Assembly: GCA_017601225.1 (NCBI GenBank)
Contig: JAFNIX010000004.1
Coordinates: 68,507-132,506 of the forward strand
Length of the DNA: 64,000 bases
Source: Candidatus Brockarchaeota archaeon
Lineage (GTDB): Archaea > Thermoproteota > EX4484-205 > JAAOZP01
Direction: 5' to 3'
The number at the start of each line of letters is the position of its first letter. The stretch's first letter is position 1. The translations under genes and the position numbers were made by a program. Shown piece after piece: positions 47,657-57,516 of this stretch. The notes under the pieces were generated by a model, which was not told where the DNA came from, did not search any database, and worked only from the letters and a program-made list of their open reading frames with translations.

Positions 47657-48901
47657 ATGATAGCATTAAGCAACAGTATTAAAATGTCCGGCTCGATTCA
47701 AGAGGAGAAGGATACTGTTGAAAAGCGAATGTCATGGTGGGTTGAAGCGAGATTCGGCATGTTCATCCACTGGGGGCTCTACGCTATCCCCGCCCGTGGA
47801 GAATGGGTCATGTACTGTGAACGCATACCTAAGAACGAGTATGCTCATCTAGCTCAAAAGTTTAACCCTAAAAGGTTTGACGCAGACAAATGGGTTGCAC
47901 TAGCTAAACAGGCTGGAGCCAAGTATATGGTTTTAACAACGAGGCATCACGACGGCTTCTGCCTGTGGGACAGCAGTGTATCCGACTTCACGTCTGTTAA
48001 GACTGCTGCGAGAAGGGATTTCGTAGCGGAGTATGTTGAGGCCTGTCGGAAAGCAGGCATGCGCATCGGCTTCTACTATTCCTTGCTGGACTGGCGTTGG
48101 CCAGCCTATTGGGATGGGCCTGAGAAAAATCCGGAGGCCTGGAAAGAGTTTCGGAACTATGTTCACGCCCAAGTGAGAGAGCTTATGACTAACTACGGGA
48201 AGATAGACATACTGTGGTACGACGGCGGATGGCCTCACAGCCCGGATGCATGGGGATCCGAACAGCTTAACGCGATGGTTCGCAGTCTCCAACCGGAAAT
48301 CATAATAAACAACAGGTCGGGATTACCGGGGGATTTCGACACTCCGGAACAACGCATAGAAGGCTCCCACAGGCCTTGGGAAGCCTGCATGACCATAGAC
48401 GACCTTTGGTGGGGGTATCATCCAGGCGATCCGAATCTAAAATCGCCGATGCAGCTTGTGAGGAACCTGGTTAAATGCGTTTCGGGAAACGGGAATTTTC
48501 TGCTCAACGTTGGGCCTAAGGCAGATGGCACTATTCCGCCGGAGCAGGCGGTTAGAATGAGAGCCGTTGGAAGATGGTTGCGGCGAAACGGGGAGTCCAT
48601 ATATGGTGCTGGAGCTGCCCCCTTCCCCCAGCCTCATCTGGGTCAGGTAACTATGAAGGGTAGCAAGGTGTATGTCCACATCATGTTCTGGCCTGGAAGA
48701 GAAACGTGCATAGCTGGGATTAAGAACAGGGTTTTGAAGGCTTACATGCTGGTGAGCGGAAGAAAGCTTCCGTTTGAGCAGAAGGAAGACCGCCTGTTCA
48801 TTCGTGGACTACCTTTACGTGCACCAGACCCGATAGACACCGTGGTCGTCTTAGAAATAGAAGGGAAGCCGGAGGCCGTTCCCCCATCCTTCTGGAAGTA
48901 G
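47657..48901 (+). CDS. GH29 alpha-L-fucosidase
   Basis: WWVEARFGMFIHWGLYA, TRHHDGFCLWDS, and ILWYDGGW. Confidence 0.85.
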   Translation: MIALSNSIKMSGSIQEEKDTVEKRMSWWVEARFGMFIHWGLYAIPARGEWVMYCERIPKNEYAHLAQKFNPKRFDADKWVALAKQAGAKYMVLTTRHHDGFCLWDSSVSDFTSVKTAARRDFVAEYVEACRKAGMRIGFYYSLLDWRWPAYWDGPEKNPEAWKEFRNYVHAQVRELMTNYGKIDILWYDGGWPHSPDAWGSEQLNAMVRSLQPEIIINNRSGLPGDFDTPEQRIEGSHRPWEACMTIDDLWWGYHPGDPNLKSPMQLVRNLVKCVSGNGNFLLNVGPKADGTIPPEQAVRMRAVGRWLRRNGESIYGAGAAPFPQPHLGQVTMKGSKVYVHIMFWPGRETCIAGIKNRVLKAYMLVSGRKLPFEQKEDRLFIRGLPLRAPDPIDTVVVLEIEGKPEAVPPSFWK

Positions 48902-48912
48902 AGAACAATAGT

Positions 48913-49665
48913 TTAGAAAACTAGTTCCAGCCTTTTTCTTTCACCAATTATGTGCCCAGCCACCTCCACTACGGGAGCAACCCATATCTCGCCACGATGC
49001 TTATCCAAGAATTTTAAAAAACCCGAGAGGTCTTCGCTGGAAACAGGCAGGTGCCCCTCGTTAATACCGTGAAAAGTGAATATGGCCCACCTACCCTCGT
49101 AAACAGTCTTAATTGTTAAGCCTATCATCTCTTCACACCTCATCCGGTCGGCAGACCATGACCATAACTCGTGCAGGTCGCAGGCAAGCGGCGAGTTGGA
49201 ATAGCCCTTTTCGCCAGAAGCCCTAGCGGCCAAGAAGAGTTCAGCCACGATCGGCACGTAGCTCCTCTTATTCAAGCCTCTGCCGACACTGGTTTGGTAA
49301 CACGGGTATGCGAATGTCCGGCTACCATCCGGTATGAACCGCCTAATCCTTTCGTGAGCCTCAACTATGTCTAGGCGAATATCCTCCAGAGTCATGTTCT
49401 CCAACCCTCTGCAACAAGGGTCTCCTGAAAAATTGCATGAACAGGGATGTGTAACACTGTGGTTACCGATTTCATGGCCACGCTCAGCAACCTTCCTCCA
49501 TTTTTTCAAAATATTTTCATAGTTATCACCAGGATTTACATAAAATGTGGCCTTAAAGCCGAATTCCTCGAGAAGTGGTAAACCCAGATCCAGTTGCGAA
49601 GGCAAACCATCGTCGAAAGTCAGTGAAACAGCGCCTTTAAAGCCATTCGGCCAATTAAACCTCAT
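48913..49665 (-). CDS. Polysaccharide deacetylase (CE4-like)
   Basis: AVSLTFDDG and GHEIGNHSVTH motifs. Confidence 0.7.
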   Translation of the reverse strand: MRFNWPNGFKGAVSLTFDDGLPSQLDLGLPLLEEFGFKATFYVNPGDNYENILKKWRKVAERGHEIGNHSVTHPCSCNFSGDPCCRGLENMTLEDIRLDIVEAHERIRRFIPDGSRTFAYPCYQTSVGRGLNKRSYVPIVAELFLAARASGEKGYSNSPLACDLHELWSWSADRMRCEEMIGLTIKTVYEGRWAIFTFHGINEGHLPVSSEDLSGFLKFLDKHRGEIWVAPVVEVAGHIIGERKRLELVF

Positions 49666-49888
49666 CGCTAAAAATTTTCAAACATGCTTTAAAAACCTAT
49701 CTCAAAAGCTTTCAGAATATTTCCAAGACCTTAAAAACACCTTTGGTTTCACAAGTCCCAACCGCTTCTTATCGAAAAAACTACCGTAGCTATGAACAGG
49801 CCTCGGAATAGTTATGGTTTGAAATGATTGGGCGTCGTAAATTAGCCCTAATAGCCTGCAACGTTTAGGCACCTACAGGATACCATAG

Positions 49889-49911
49889 TTTTTGCGTAAA
49901 GTATGCAAAAA
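49889..49911. promoter_or_regulatory. Near-perfect palindrome TTTTTGCGTA-AAG-TATGCAAAAA
   Basis: Read directly from the sequence: 10-nt arms with one mismatch and a 3-nt spacer. It sits in the 370-bp intergenic region upstream of the FtsX-domain gene. Confidence 0.3.
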
Positions 49912-49949
49912 CAAGCCCTAATAGTGCTTTTCACTTGCCCTCAGAGGGT

Positions 49950-49972
49950 TTGACAGGCGTCTCTTGACAGGC
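49950..49972 (+). promoter_or_regulatory. Tandem TTGACAGGC x2 (14-nt period)
   Basis: TTGACAGGC occurs at 49950-49958 and 49964-49972. A separate 11-nt repeat, AGCCCTAATAG, occurs at 49844-49854 and 49914-49924. A TTTATAA box lies at 50001-50007. Confidence 0.3.
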
Positions 49973-50035
49973 ACTTAGATGCTTGATGTTTTCAACAACA
50001 TTTATAACAAGGTTTTTCCATTAACCGTCAGCATT

Positions 50036-53000
50036 ATGAGGCATCGGGGAAACCGTGAAAAGATTTTAGTTATCCTATTATGGGCGCTAGCTTTCCTAAT
50101 ACTTCCTCTTGAAACCAGTTTCACGGAGCCGCATAATCTGAACGCTGGCCATGCATCGTTTCTAACAGGTTCGGTTATTAATGCTGCGGCTTCCCCAACG
50201 GTTTCAATGCATATAAAAGTTTTGAATGCTTTAACTGGTGAAGCGATTCCGAACGCTACTTTAATAATTCTAGACTTAAGGGAACCCAGAAAACCCGAGG
50301 TGGGGCGTGGCGTCTACTTTACTAATGAGGAAGGAGAGTATAATGTTTCTGAGGAAATGTTAAAACCCGGTAGAATCTATTGGATTTACGCATACAAGGG
50401 AAACCTTAAAGAAAAGAGGATGGATTTCGCCCCCGTCAAAAAAGAGATACGCGTTGGAGAAACAGGGAGTTTTAATGTGAACCTCTCACTTGTCCCGGGT
50501 GCACTAGTTGAATTAGAAAGCATTCCGTATATCGTTCAAGCGTCAAGCCTTCAGGAGGGCAACATGATAATCAGGGTTATATTGAAACAGAAGGATTTTA
50601 ATTTCCCATTAATCACAGAGTACGGTGATGCAATAGACGTTTTCTATCTAGGACTAGACAGGAAAACGATTCCGGTTCCATCCGAGACTCCTTTCGACTT
50701 GGAGGTTAGTGTTTCGCTCGTATTAAGAGAGCGTGAGCGAGTATCAGAGGTATTCTACATTATGAATGGTACTAGACCCTTCATAATGCCTCAGGGAGGT
50801 TACGCGTCTGTTAAAATTTCAGAGTACAGCCTCAGGAGGGGTTTGGAATATGTGAAATCAGCACTTGTAGGAGTTTCCTCGATAGTTGACGAGGCCCAAG
50901 AAATCGGGTTCACAGTTTTCGAAGAGAGGCGTATACTGCAGCGTGCCAACCAGAAGCTGATTGAAGCCAATGTTCTACTGTCAAATGCGCAAACAGAAGA
51001 AGACTTTGAAAAAACATGGTTCACGCTTCGCGAAATACTTGGGGAAATAAATTTTGTAGCTATGACGATAGAAAATAAGTATTTGGTTGGAAAGACCAAC
51101 GCAATTTACCTTTCAGCAGTTATTGTAGTATTCAGCACTGTGCTCGCGTTCTTCTTCTTCGAAAAACCCGGGAAAAAGGTTCTTTCATTACCCATCATCT
51201 ACGTAGCATTATTGGGAATCATGTATTTCATAAACCCAGGCACTCACATAGTAATCAATGAAAACCTTCCTCTTTTCTCGTTGACGGCTGCTGTTTCCTT
51301 CATTATAACCTCGGTTATCGTCTTCGGCATTCCACGCATCTGGAAGGAAAGAAATATTGAGGGGGAGGTTCAATGGAGAAGTGCGATCTCAGTGATATTC
51401 TCAATGAGCAAACGTCAAATAAAACGCAAGAAGATACGCGGCTTTTTCACAATATTTTCAATATGTATGCTTATATTAGCATTCACCGCGCTCACCACCT
51501 TTGGAACAGCCTTCGGAATAATTTCAAGAAGAATAGACGGAACCCCCTCTTCAGACGGGTTACTCATAAAACGAATGGTCAACGGCTCATCCTTCGTCTT
51601 CTCCCCCCTAGGACCAGGGGATGCGGAAGTCCTCTTAAAGATAGTCCCCGCGATTAACGTTGCGTCAAGGATGAAAAATGTTCCACGGTATGACCCTGTT
51701 GCCAGACTCGTAAACCCCGCCACCGGCGGCAGCCATCCCATTTACGGTGTGCTAGCCATATCGCCTAGAAACGAATCCATCTACACGTTGCTCGACGAGG
51801 TGGTTGAAGGCAGTTACTTAAGCGACAAAGCATATGGTGAAGCAATCCTAGGGTTCGGAACGTTGAGCAGACTAGGCTTGAAGATAGGAAGCAACATTAC
51901 GTTAGAAATACCGGGTACAACGATAACAGAAACAATTATGGTCAAGGGTTTCATTAGGGACGAAGAATACGCGAGTCTCACGGATGTTGACGGCAGTCCT
52001 CTTGGTCCTGCACGCCTGCTTCAAGACGGTTCAGTAAGAAGGTGTAACGGTTCCGAGATAATAGTTATTAATATTGAGACCGCGAAGAGGATTCAGGAGA
52101 AGATTAACAGCCTTTACGGTATAAATGCTCCACAGCTCGTCGTCCCCTCCGAGATCCTTTTCAGCCTGAGGGATTTAGAAGACATTGAAGCCGTTGTTAG
52201 AAGCATAATTTTCTTTTTCAACTACGATGTCTTCGCATCTTCTAAAGGCGTTGTAAACTACTACTATATTGGTTCATACATAGAGTTCGGAGGAGCTGCG
52301 GAGCTTCTGATTCCACTGGTGATTGTCGTCTTAAGCATAGGCATGGTTATGGTTAACAGTGTCTATGAGCGTGAGAGAGAAATAAAGATTCTTTCAACAC
52401 TGGGGTTAAACCCGACACATATAGGGTTAATGTTCGTAGCTGAAGCAATCATAATGGGAATGGTTGGTGGAAGCATCGGATACTTAACAGGTCTGGGCTT
52501 CTACAGAACCATGGTTTTCATTGGGCAGAATCTTTTAGAAAACCTCATGGTTAGGGAAAAGCTGGAATGGTGGTGGAGCGCACTCGGATTCCTCTTCGCA
52601 ATAGCGGTCTCAGTATTCTCAGCCGCTAGGCCCGCGGCGCTAGCTATCCAAACGTACACACCCTCCATGGTAAAGAGGGTTAGAAGAACCGAGGAGCAGC
52701 GGAAGGAGCGGAAGGAGAAAATATTCAAGGTTTACCAGGCTAGAAGCATCAGCATGCCCGTGAAAATACTTGCTAACGAGAAGGATTTCTTCATGGGTTT
52801 CCTTATCGACCATTTAAACCAGTTGAGAACAGGCTATAAGGAGAGGATTGAAAACGTTGAGGATGTTCCAGAAACGGTTGATTCTAAAGGCATTATAACG
52901 AAAACAGTAAAGTTCAATTATTATTTTGGGCCGATTGGGAGCAAGAATGGAACGAAGAACAGCCTAGTTTTAACCAAGACTCCCAGCGAAGACTACTACA

Positions 53001-53131
53001 GGGTTACACTTATCAGTGAGCCAACCGCCCCTGGGATTCCGGAGAACATGATAGACAGGACTGTGGACTATGTGCACTGGATTCTTATGCTCTGGGTTAA
53101 GGAAAAGAAGCGGATAATGGGTATGGTTTAA
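50036..53131 (+). CDS. Giant membrane protein with a FtsX/MacB-type permease domain and large extracytoplasmic regions
   Basis: The ORF opens at 49979, but ATG 50036 (MRHRGNREK plus a TM helix) follows a TATA-like box. Domain order: a carboxypeptidase-regulatory-like beta-sandwich segment (KVLNALTGEAIPNATLIILD), multiple TM helices, a FtsX-type segment (VNSVYEREREIKILSTLGLNP), then an unassigned cytosolic tail of about 165 aa. Confidence 0.55.
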   Translation: MRHRGNREKILVILLWALAFLILPLETSFTEPHNLNAGHASFLTGSVINAAASPTVSMHIKVLNALTGEAIPNATLIILDLREPRKPEVGRGVYFTNEEGEYNVSEEMLKPGRIYWIYAYKGNLKEKRMDFAPVKKEIRVGETGSFNVNLSLVPGALVELESIPYIVQASSLQEGNMIIRVILKQKDFNFPLITEYGDAIDVFYLGLDRKTIPVPSETPFDLEVSVSLVLRERERVSEVFYIMNGTRPFIMPQGGYASVKISEYSLRRGLEYVKSALVGVSSIVDEAQEIGFTVFEERRILQRANQKLIEANVLLSNAQTEEDFEKTWFTLREILGEINFVAMTIENKYLVGKTNAIYLSAVIVVFSTVLAFFFFEKPGKKVLSLPIIYVALLGIMYFINPGTHIVINENLPLFSLTAAVSFIITSVIVFGIPRIWKERNIEGEVQWRSAISVIFSMSKRQIKRKKIRGFFTIFSICMLILAFTALTTFGTAFGIISRRIDGTPSSDGLLIKRMVNGSSFVFSPLGPGDAEVLLKIVPAINVASRMKNVPRYDPVARLVNPATGGSHPIYGVLAISPRNESIYTLLDEVVEGSYLSDKAYGEAILGFGTLSRLGLKIGSNITLEIPGTTITETIMVKGFIRDEEYASLTDVDGSPLGPARLLQDGSVRRCNGSEIIVINIETAKRIQEKINSLYGINAPQLVVPSEILFSLRDLEDIEAVVRSIIFFFNYDVFASSKGVVNYYYIGSYIEFGGAAELLIPLVIVVLSIGMVMVNSVYEREREIKILSTLGLNPTHIGLMFVAEAIIMGMVGGSIGYLTGLGFYRTMVFIGQNLLENLMVREKLEWWWSALGFLFAIAVSVFSAARPAALAIQTYTPSMVKRVRRTEEQRKERKEKIFKVYQARSISMPVKILANEKDFFMGFLIDHLNQLRTGYKERIENVEDVPETVDSKGIITKTVKFNYYFGPIGSKNGTKNSLVLTKTPSEDYYRVTLISEPTAPGIPENMIDRTVDYVHWILMLWVKEKKRIMGMV

Positions 53132-53247
53132 GCCCTGAGGATAAAAAAGCACGATAGGTGCCCCTTAACCAGCTTCGCGGTTCCACGACCAAACTGCTAG
53201 ACAACGGAGGAATTAAGACATAAATTTGAGCAGGAGAGTAGACTCGT

Positions 53248-54774
53248 GTGGAAGCTGGAGCCACATTCATTCTTGGCGTAGACCTTGGAACCTCAGCCTG
53301 TAAGACGGTCGTCTTCACTTTAGACGGAAGAAGGGTTGCTTCAGCCTCTAGGGAATACCCGGTTATTCAGCCCCAGCCAAGGTGGGCGGAGCAGAATCCA
53401 CTTGAATGGTGGAGGGCAGCCGTCGAAACCATAAGGGAGAGTCTCGCTAAAAGACGGATAGAGGGCAGCCGGATAGTCGGATTAGCCGTAGACTCTCAGC
53501 GGGAGGCGGTGGTGCCGGTTGGAGCCAACGGTGAAGTACTCTATAATAGCATAATATGGCTTGACAGGAGGACTGAGGAGCAGACTGAGAGGATGAGGAG
53601 CCTGCTGGATGAGAGCATGGTTCTCCGCACAACGGGTGTTGGAATAAACCCTGTCTTCTCAGCGTCGAAAATCCTCTGGCTTAAGGAGAACTTTCCAAAT
53701 ATATTTTCTAAGACTAAAGTCTTCCTTTTCGCGAAGGATTTCATTATTTACAAGCTAACTGGGGAGAAGATAACCGATTACTCCATGGCGTCGAGAACAA
53801 TGCTTTTCGACATAAGAAGGAGAAAATGGGCTGAAGAAATATGCTCCACACTCGGCATACCTGTTGACAAACTCCCGCCACCCTGTGAATCAAGCATCAT
53901 TGTTGGAGAAGTATCCTCTAATGCTTCTGTTGAAACATCTTTACCTAGGGGCCTACCGGTTGTAAACGGGGGAGGAGACAGGCCATGCGAGTGCCTGGGA
54001 GCAGGAGTGATTAAGGAGGGGGCAGTCAACATAGGAACTGGGACAGGATCCACTTTCGAAGCCCCATTGAGCAGGCCGAACCCTGATTTAAGAGGAAGGG
54101 TTAACTGTTGTTGCCACGTGATTCCGGGTGCATGGGAGTATGAAGCATCAATCTCGACAACAGGCGGAGCCCTACGCTGGTTCAAGAATGTTTTCGGGGA
54201 AAGAGAGTCTAAGGAGGCGGAGGAAACCGGCGGAGACCCGTATGATTTAATAATCCGAGGCGCTCTCGAGACAAATCTTGGCGCAGACGGTCTTTTGTTC
54301 TATCCTTATTTAGCCGGAGCTTTCCCACCTAGGGTGGATGGGAAGGCACGCGCCGTATTCTTCGGAATCAACCTATCCCACTCTAAGGGCCATTTTGTCA
54401 GAGCAATACTGGAGGGGGTTGCTTTCCACTATCTCACGGTGCTTGAACTCCTGAGGGAGCTTGGCTTAGAGATAGCTGAAGTAAGCATGGTTGGCGGCGA
54501 GACGAGGAGCGATTTCTGGAACCAGCTTAAGGCAGACGTAACCGGTAGAAGAATAAGGATCCCGGAGGTTGAGGATGCAGCCGCTATGGGGGCAGCCATT
54601 CTAGCGGGAATCGGCACAGGCCAGTATACGAGCGTGCAGAAGGCTGTTGAATCAACGGTTAGAACAAGAAGGGTATACGTGCCTAATGCTGAGAACCACT
54701 CGGCTTACTTAAAGCTGTATGAAAAATATGAAGCAATATACGCGTTAATCTCAAAGGCGTATGATGTTTACTAA
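53248..54774 (+). CDS. FGGY-family carbohydrate kinase (xylulokinase-like)
   Basis: ILGVDLGTSACK start (GTG), NIGTGTGS, MVGGETRS, and AAAMGAAILAG. Confidence 0.85.
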   Translation: MEAGATFILGVDLGTSACKTVVFTLDGRRVASASREYPVIQPQPRWAEQNPLEWWRAAVETIRESLAKRRIEGSRIVGLAVDSQREAVVPVGANGEVLYNSIIWLDRRTEEQTERMRSLLDESMVLRTTGVGINPVFSASKILWLKENFPNIFSKTKVFLFAKDFIIYKLTGEKITDYSMASRTMLFDIRRRKWAEEICSTLGIPVDKLPPPCESSIIVGEVSSNASVETSLPRGLPVVNGGGDRPCECLGAGVIKEGAVNIGTGTGSTFEAPLSRPNPDLRGRVNCCCHVIPGAWEYEASISTTGGALRWFKNVFGERESKEAEETGGDPYDLIIRGALETNLGADGLLFYPYLAGAFPPRVDGKARAVFFGINLSHSKGHFVRAILEGVAFHYLTVLELLRELGLEIAEVSMVGGETRSDFWNQLKADVTGRRIRIPEVEDAAAMGAAILAGIGTGQYTSVQKAVESTVRTRRVYVPNAENHSAYLKLYEKYEAIYALISKAYDVY

Positions 54775-54791
54775 CAACCACGCTTCCAAGA

Positions 54792-55982
54792 CTACTGTGA
54801 TGGCTGAAAATAGTTTGCGAGCTCAACCCATGCTCGTGAAGAGTCCAAACAGACATCGGCGAAGACGAGTACCCCTGAAGCCCCCGCTCTCATTGCCCCT
54901 TTGACGGAGTCAACCCACTCCCAGCCAGGCATGTTCCCAGTTGTTGACAACGAGCCGCCGACGCAAGGCATAACCAGCACACTACTATTACTCTTCTCAA
55001 CCTGCTCAACTATACTCCTAGCAGTATCCTCAACCCATTTAACAGGCATACTGTTATCCCTATGGTAAAGCATTGGGCAAACAACGTCGACGAGACCCTG
55101 CCGCACCCACTCGCTCCAATCAACACCCATAGCCTGCCTATTCCAATTCGAATCGTAGGAAACATCTGCTGATAAAACTATGTCCGGGTTAATCTGTTTC
55201 ACAGCACTCCTAATTTCCCTCAGGAAATCCGTTACGATCTGCGCCCTCCAGCCTATCCACTCGCTCCTTAGGCTTCCCCCAGCCAGCACGTCTTGAGGCC
55301 AGTTCTGCACCTTCCTACCGAGGAACGATTCGAAAGACCTTCTCGCGTTCTCGCTGAAGTCAGCCTCAATGCCTGGCGGAAAGCCGAAATCATCCTCTAT
55401 GTTTATACCGTCAACACCATACTCCTGCACCAGCTCAACGATGTAGGACTTTATATAGTTCCTAGCACCCTCACTTGCCGGGGACAAGTAGTACCAGCCC
55501 CATTGATGGAAGGACCCGTGTGAAAGCTGGTCCTCACCCTTCTCGTTAACTATCCCCCAGTCAGGATGTTGAAGAAGCACCGACCTGCTCGTCCTGAATC
55601 CCACAACCCACGCCCATACCTTCAGGCCGTTTCTATGGCTTTCCTCAACAACTATTTTCAAAGGATCCTCGTCGCTTTTAAAATTACCGAGGTAATCCAT
55701 GTCAACTGGAACTATTTTACTCCTGTAGTCAGGCAAACCCCCCGCGTGGACTACGAAGGGCAGCACAATGTTGAACCCGCTGCTCTTGATTTTACCTATA
55801 TAGAACGTGAAATTCCTCGAAACAGACCTGTCGGGAAACTCATACATGTATAGGAAAACTCCTCTTAACTCCGGCTTCGGAGGCTCTTCAATCCTCATTA
55901 TCCTGTTCAACAAGAAGTATGAAGCCACTATCAGAAGCAATACCAGAACTGGAAAAACAAGCATTGTGCTTCTCTTAGACAC
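54792..55982 (-). CDS. GHL10-like (glycosyl-hydrolase-like family 10 / YngK-like) membrane-anchored protein
   Basis: N-terminal TM anchor with TIM-barrel-like segments (VDGINIEDDFGFP, GLVDVVCPMLY). Paralogous to 56271..57494. Confidence 0.5.
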   Translation of the reverse strand: MSKRSTMLVFPVLVLLLIVASYFLLNRIMRIEEPPKPELRGVFLYMYEFPDRSVSRNFTFYIGKIKSSGFNIVLPFVVHAGGLPDYRSKIVPVDMDYLGNFKSDEDPLKIVVEESHRNGLKVWAWVVGFRTSRSVLLQHPDWGIVNEKGEDQLSHGSFHQWGWYYLSPASEGARNYIKSYIVELVQEYGVDGINIEDDFGFPPGIEADFSENARRSFESFLGRKVQNWPQDVLAGGSLRSEWIGWRAQIVTDFLREIRSAVKQINPDIVLSADVSYDSNWNRQAMGVDWSEWVRQGLVDVVCPMLYHRDNSMPVKWVEDTARSIVEQVEKSNSSVLVMPCVGGSLSTTGNMPGWEWVDSVKGAMRAGASGVLVFADVCLDSSRAWVELANYFQPSQ

Positions 55983-56270
55983 GTAATCTTAGTAGGAAAA
56001 GCGTTTAAAAAGCTTAACAGTTGGCCAACGTGAAAAAACACCTATAACTCTGAGGACAATGTCAGACACCTACCAAGGTGAATCACAGCCACTGGGCTTG
56101 GGATAGCCCGGGGCTCGAGGATCTTCAGAGTCTTGCTTTAGAAGAAAACAATTGAGAAGCAGAGGAACGAATGTTAACAGCATGAGAGGCCGCTCCCCGT
56201 TTGGAACAATGCTTTTTCACACCATATTTGACCACGGTTTTGAAACTCAATTTTAAATAGGACTGTTGGT

Positions 56271-57494
56271 ATGTGCTTCCCGAGGAAAGTGTCGAGGATC
56301 AGCATTTTTATACTCTTGCCGATGCTCCTGACTTCAACGATGCGGATTACGCCGAATGCTTCAACCTCTTCTGTGAAAAAGGATTTCTTCGTAGGAGTCT
56401 GGCTGGGAATGTATAGCGACTATTGGCCCAGTGAGAAAACAGAATGGTTGAGAAAGGTCGACGAATCCTTCATGTCCCTCAGGGAGGCAGGAGTCGACGC
56501 CATCTACTTTCTAGCTAAAGACCCTTGGGGATATGTTTACTATGAATCCAAGTATGCTCCATTATCCGAGAAATACAGTTGGGATCCTTTGAGAGAGGTT
56601 GTGGCGAAAGCTAGGGAACACGGGCTTCAAATATATCCGTATGTAAACGCACTGGCTGAAGGAGAAAGTCAGCCGAACTTCTATCTGAAAGAGCATCCTG
56701 AGTTAGCGGTTTCGCCAGCAAACGGTGAAAACGGTTGGGTCGACCCGTCTAGCGAAGAATATGTTGATAGACTGCTATCCATCATTGAAGAAATCGTTTC
56801 AAACTATGATGTTGACGGAGTACAGTTGGACAGGATAAGAATGCCAAGCCCAGTAATCAGGGCGAAAGCCAGTGAAAAACTCTATATGGAGACAACCGGC
56901 CTCTCACCAGGCAGCGACGAAAAAAAGTGGCAGGAATTCGTTAAAAGCCAGGTTTCTAAAGTTGTGCAGAAAGTATGCGAAAAAGTTAAGTCGATAGACA
57001 GGGGCCTGAAGTTTTCTGCCGCGGTTTTCCCCTCTCCTTCGAACGCGGCTGTAAACCAGCTTCAAGACTGGAGGAAGTGGGTTGAAGAAGGATGGGTTGA
57101 CTACGTGTGCACCATGGCTTACGCACAAGGGTTCTACGTCTTCAAGTCTTACGTTGATGAGGAGAAGATGGCTTGCGAGCCTGAAAAACTATACGTGGGG
57201 ATAGGTGCATGGCAATTGTCACCCTCTGAACTGAAAAAACAGATAAAGTATGTTGCAGTGGACTCAGGGCTGCCCGGGGTGCTCTTGTTCAACGCGGATT
57301 CTCTACTCAGCAACAGGGAGCTTCTTAACGCTGTAAGGGAAGCAAAAGACGGAAAGTTTGAAGAAGACTCATCATTCTTCACAAATCTGTTTAGCACAGC
57401 CTCGGTAATAATATTGTTCTGTGCAACACTGTCCTTGTTCTACCAGCTTAGGAAGAAGCCTGGGAAAAACGTTTCTCAGAAGAAAGCTTATTAG
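56271..57494 (+). CDS. GHL10-like protein with a signal/anchor and a C-terminal TM helix
   Basis: VDGVQLDRIRMPSP and GWVDYVCTMAY parallel the divergent neighbour. The C-terminus carries a hydrophobic helix followed by a basic tail. Confidence 0.5.
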   Translation: MCFPRKVSRISIFILLPMLLTSTMRITPNASTSSVKKDFFVGVWLGMYSDYWPSEKTEWLRKVDESFMSLREAGVDAIYFLAKDPWGYVYYESKYAPLSEKYSWDPLREVVAKAREHGLQIYPYVNALAEGESQPNFYLKEHPELAVSPANGENGWVDPSSEEYVDRLLSIIEEIVSNYDVDGVQLDRIRMPSPVIRAKASEKLYMETTGLSPGSDEKKWQEFVKSQVSKVVQKVCEKVKSIDRGLKFSAAVFPSPSNAAVNQLQDWRKWVEEGWVDYVCTMAYAQGFYVFKSYVDEEKMACEPEKLYVGIGAWQLSPSELKKQIKYVAVDSGLPGVLLFNADSLLSNRELLNAVREAKDGKFEEDSSFFTNLFSTASVIILFCATLSLFYQLRKKPGKNVSQKKAY

Positions 57495-57516
57495 ACTAAT
57501 AGGCTTTCAAAGAGTA

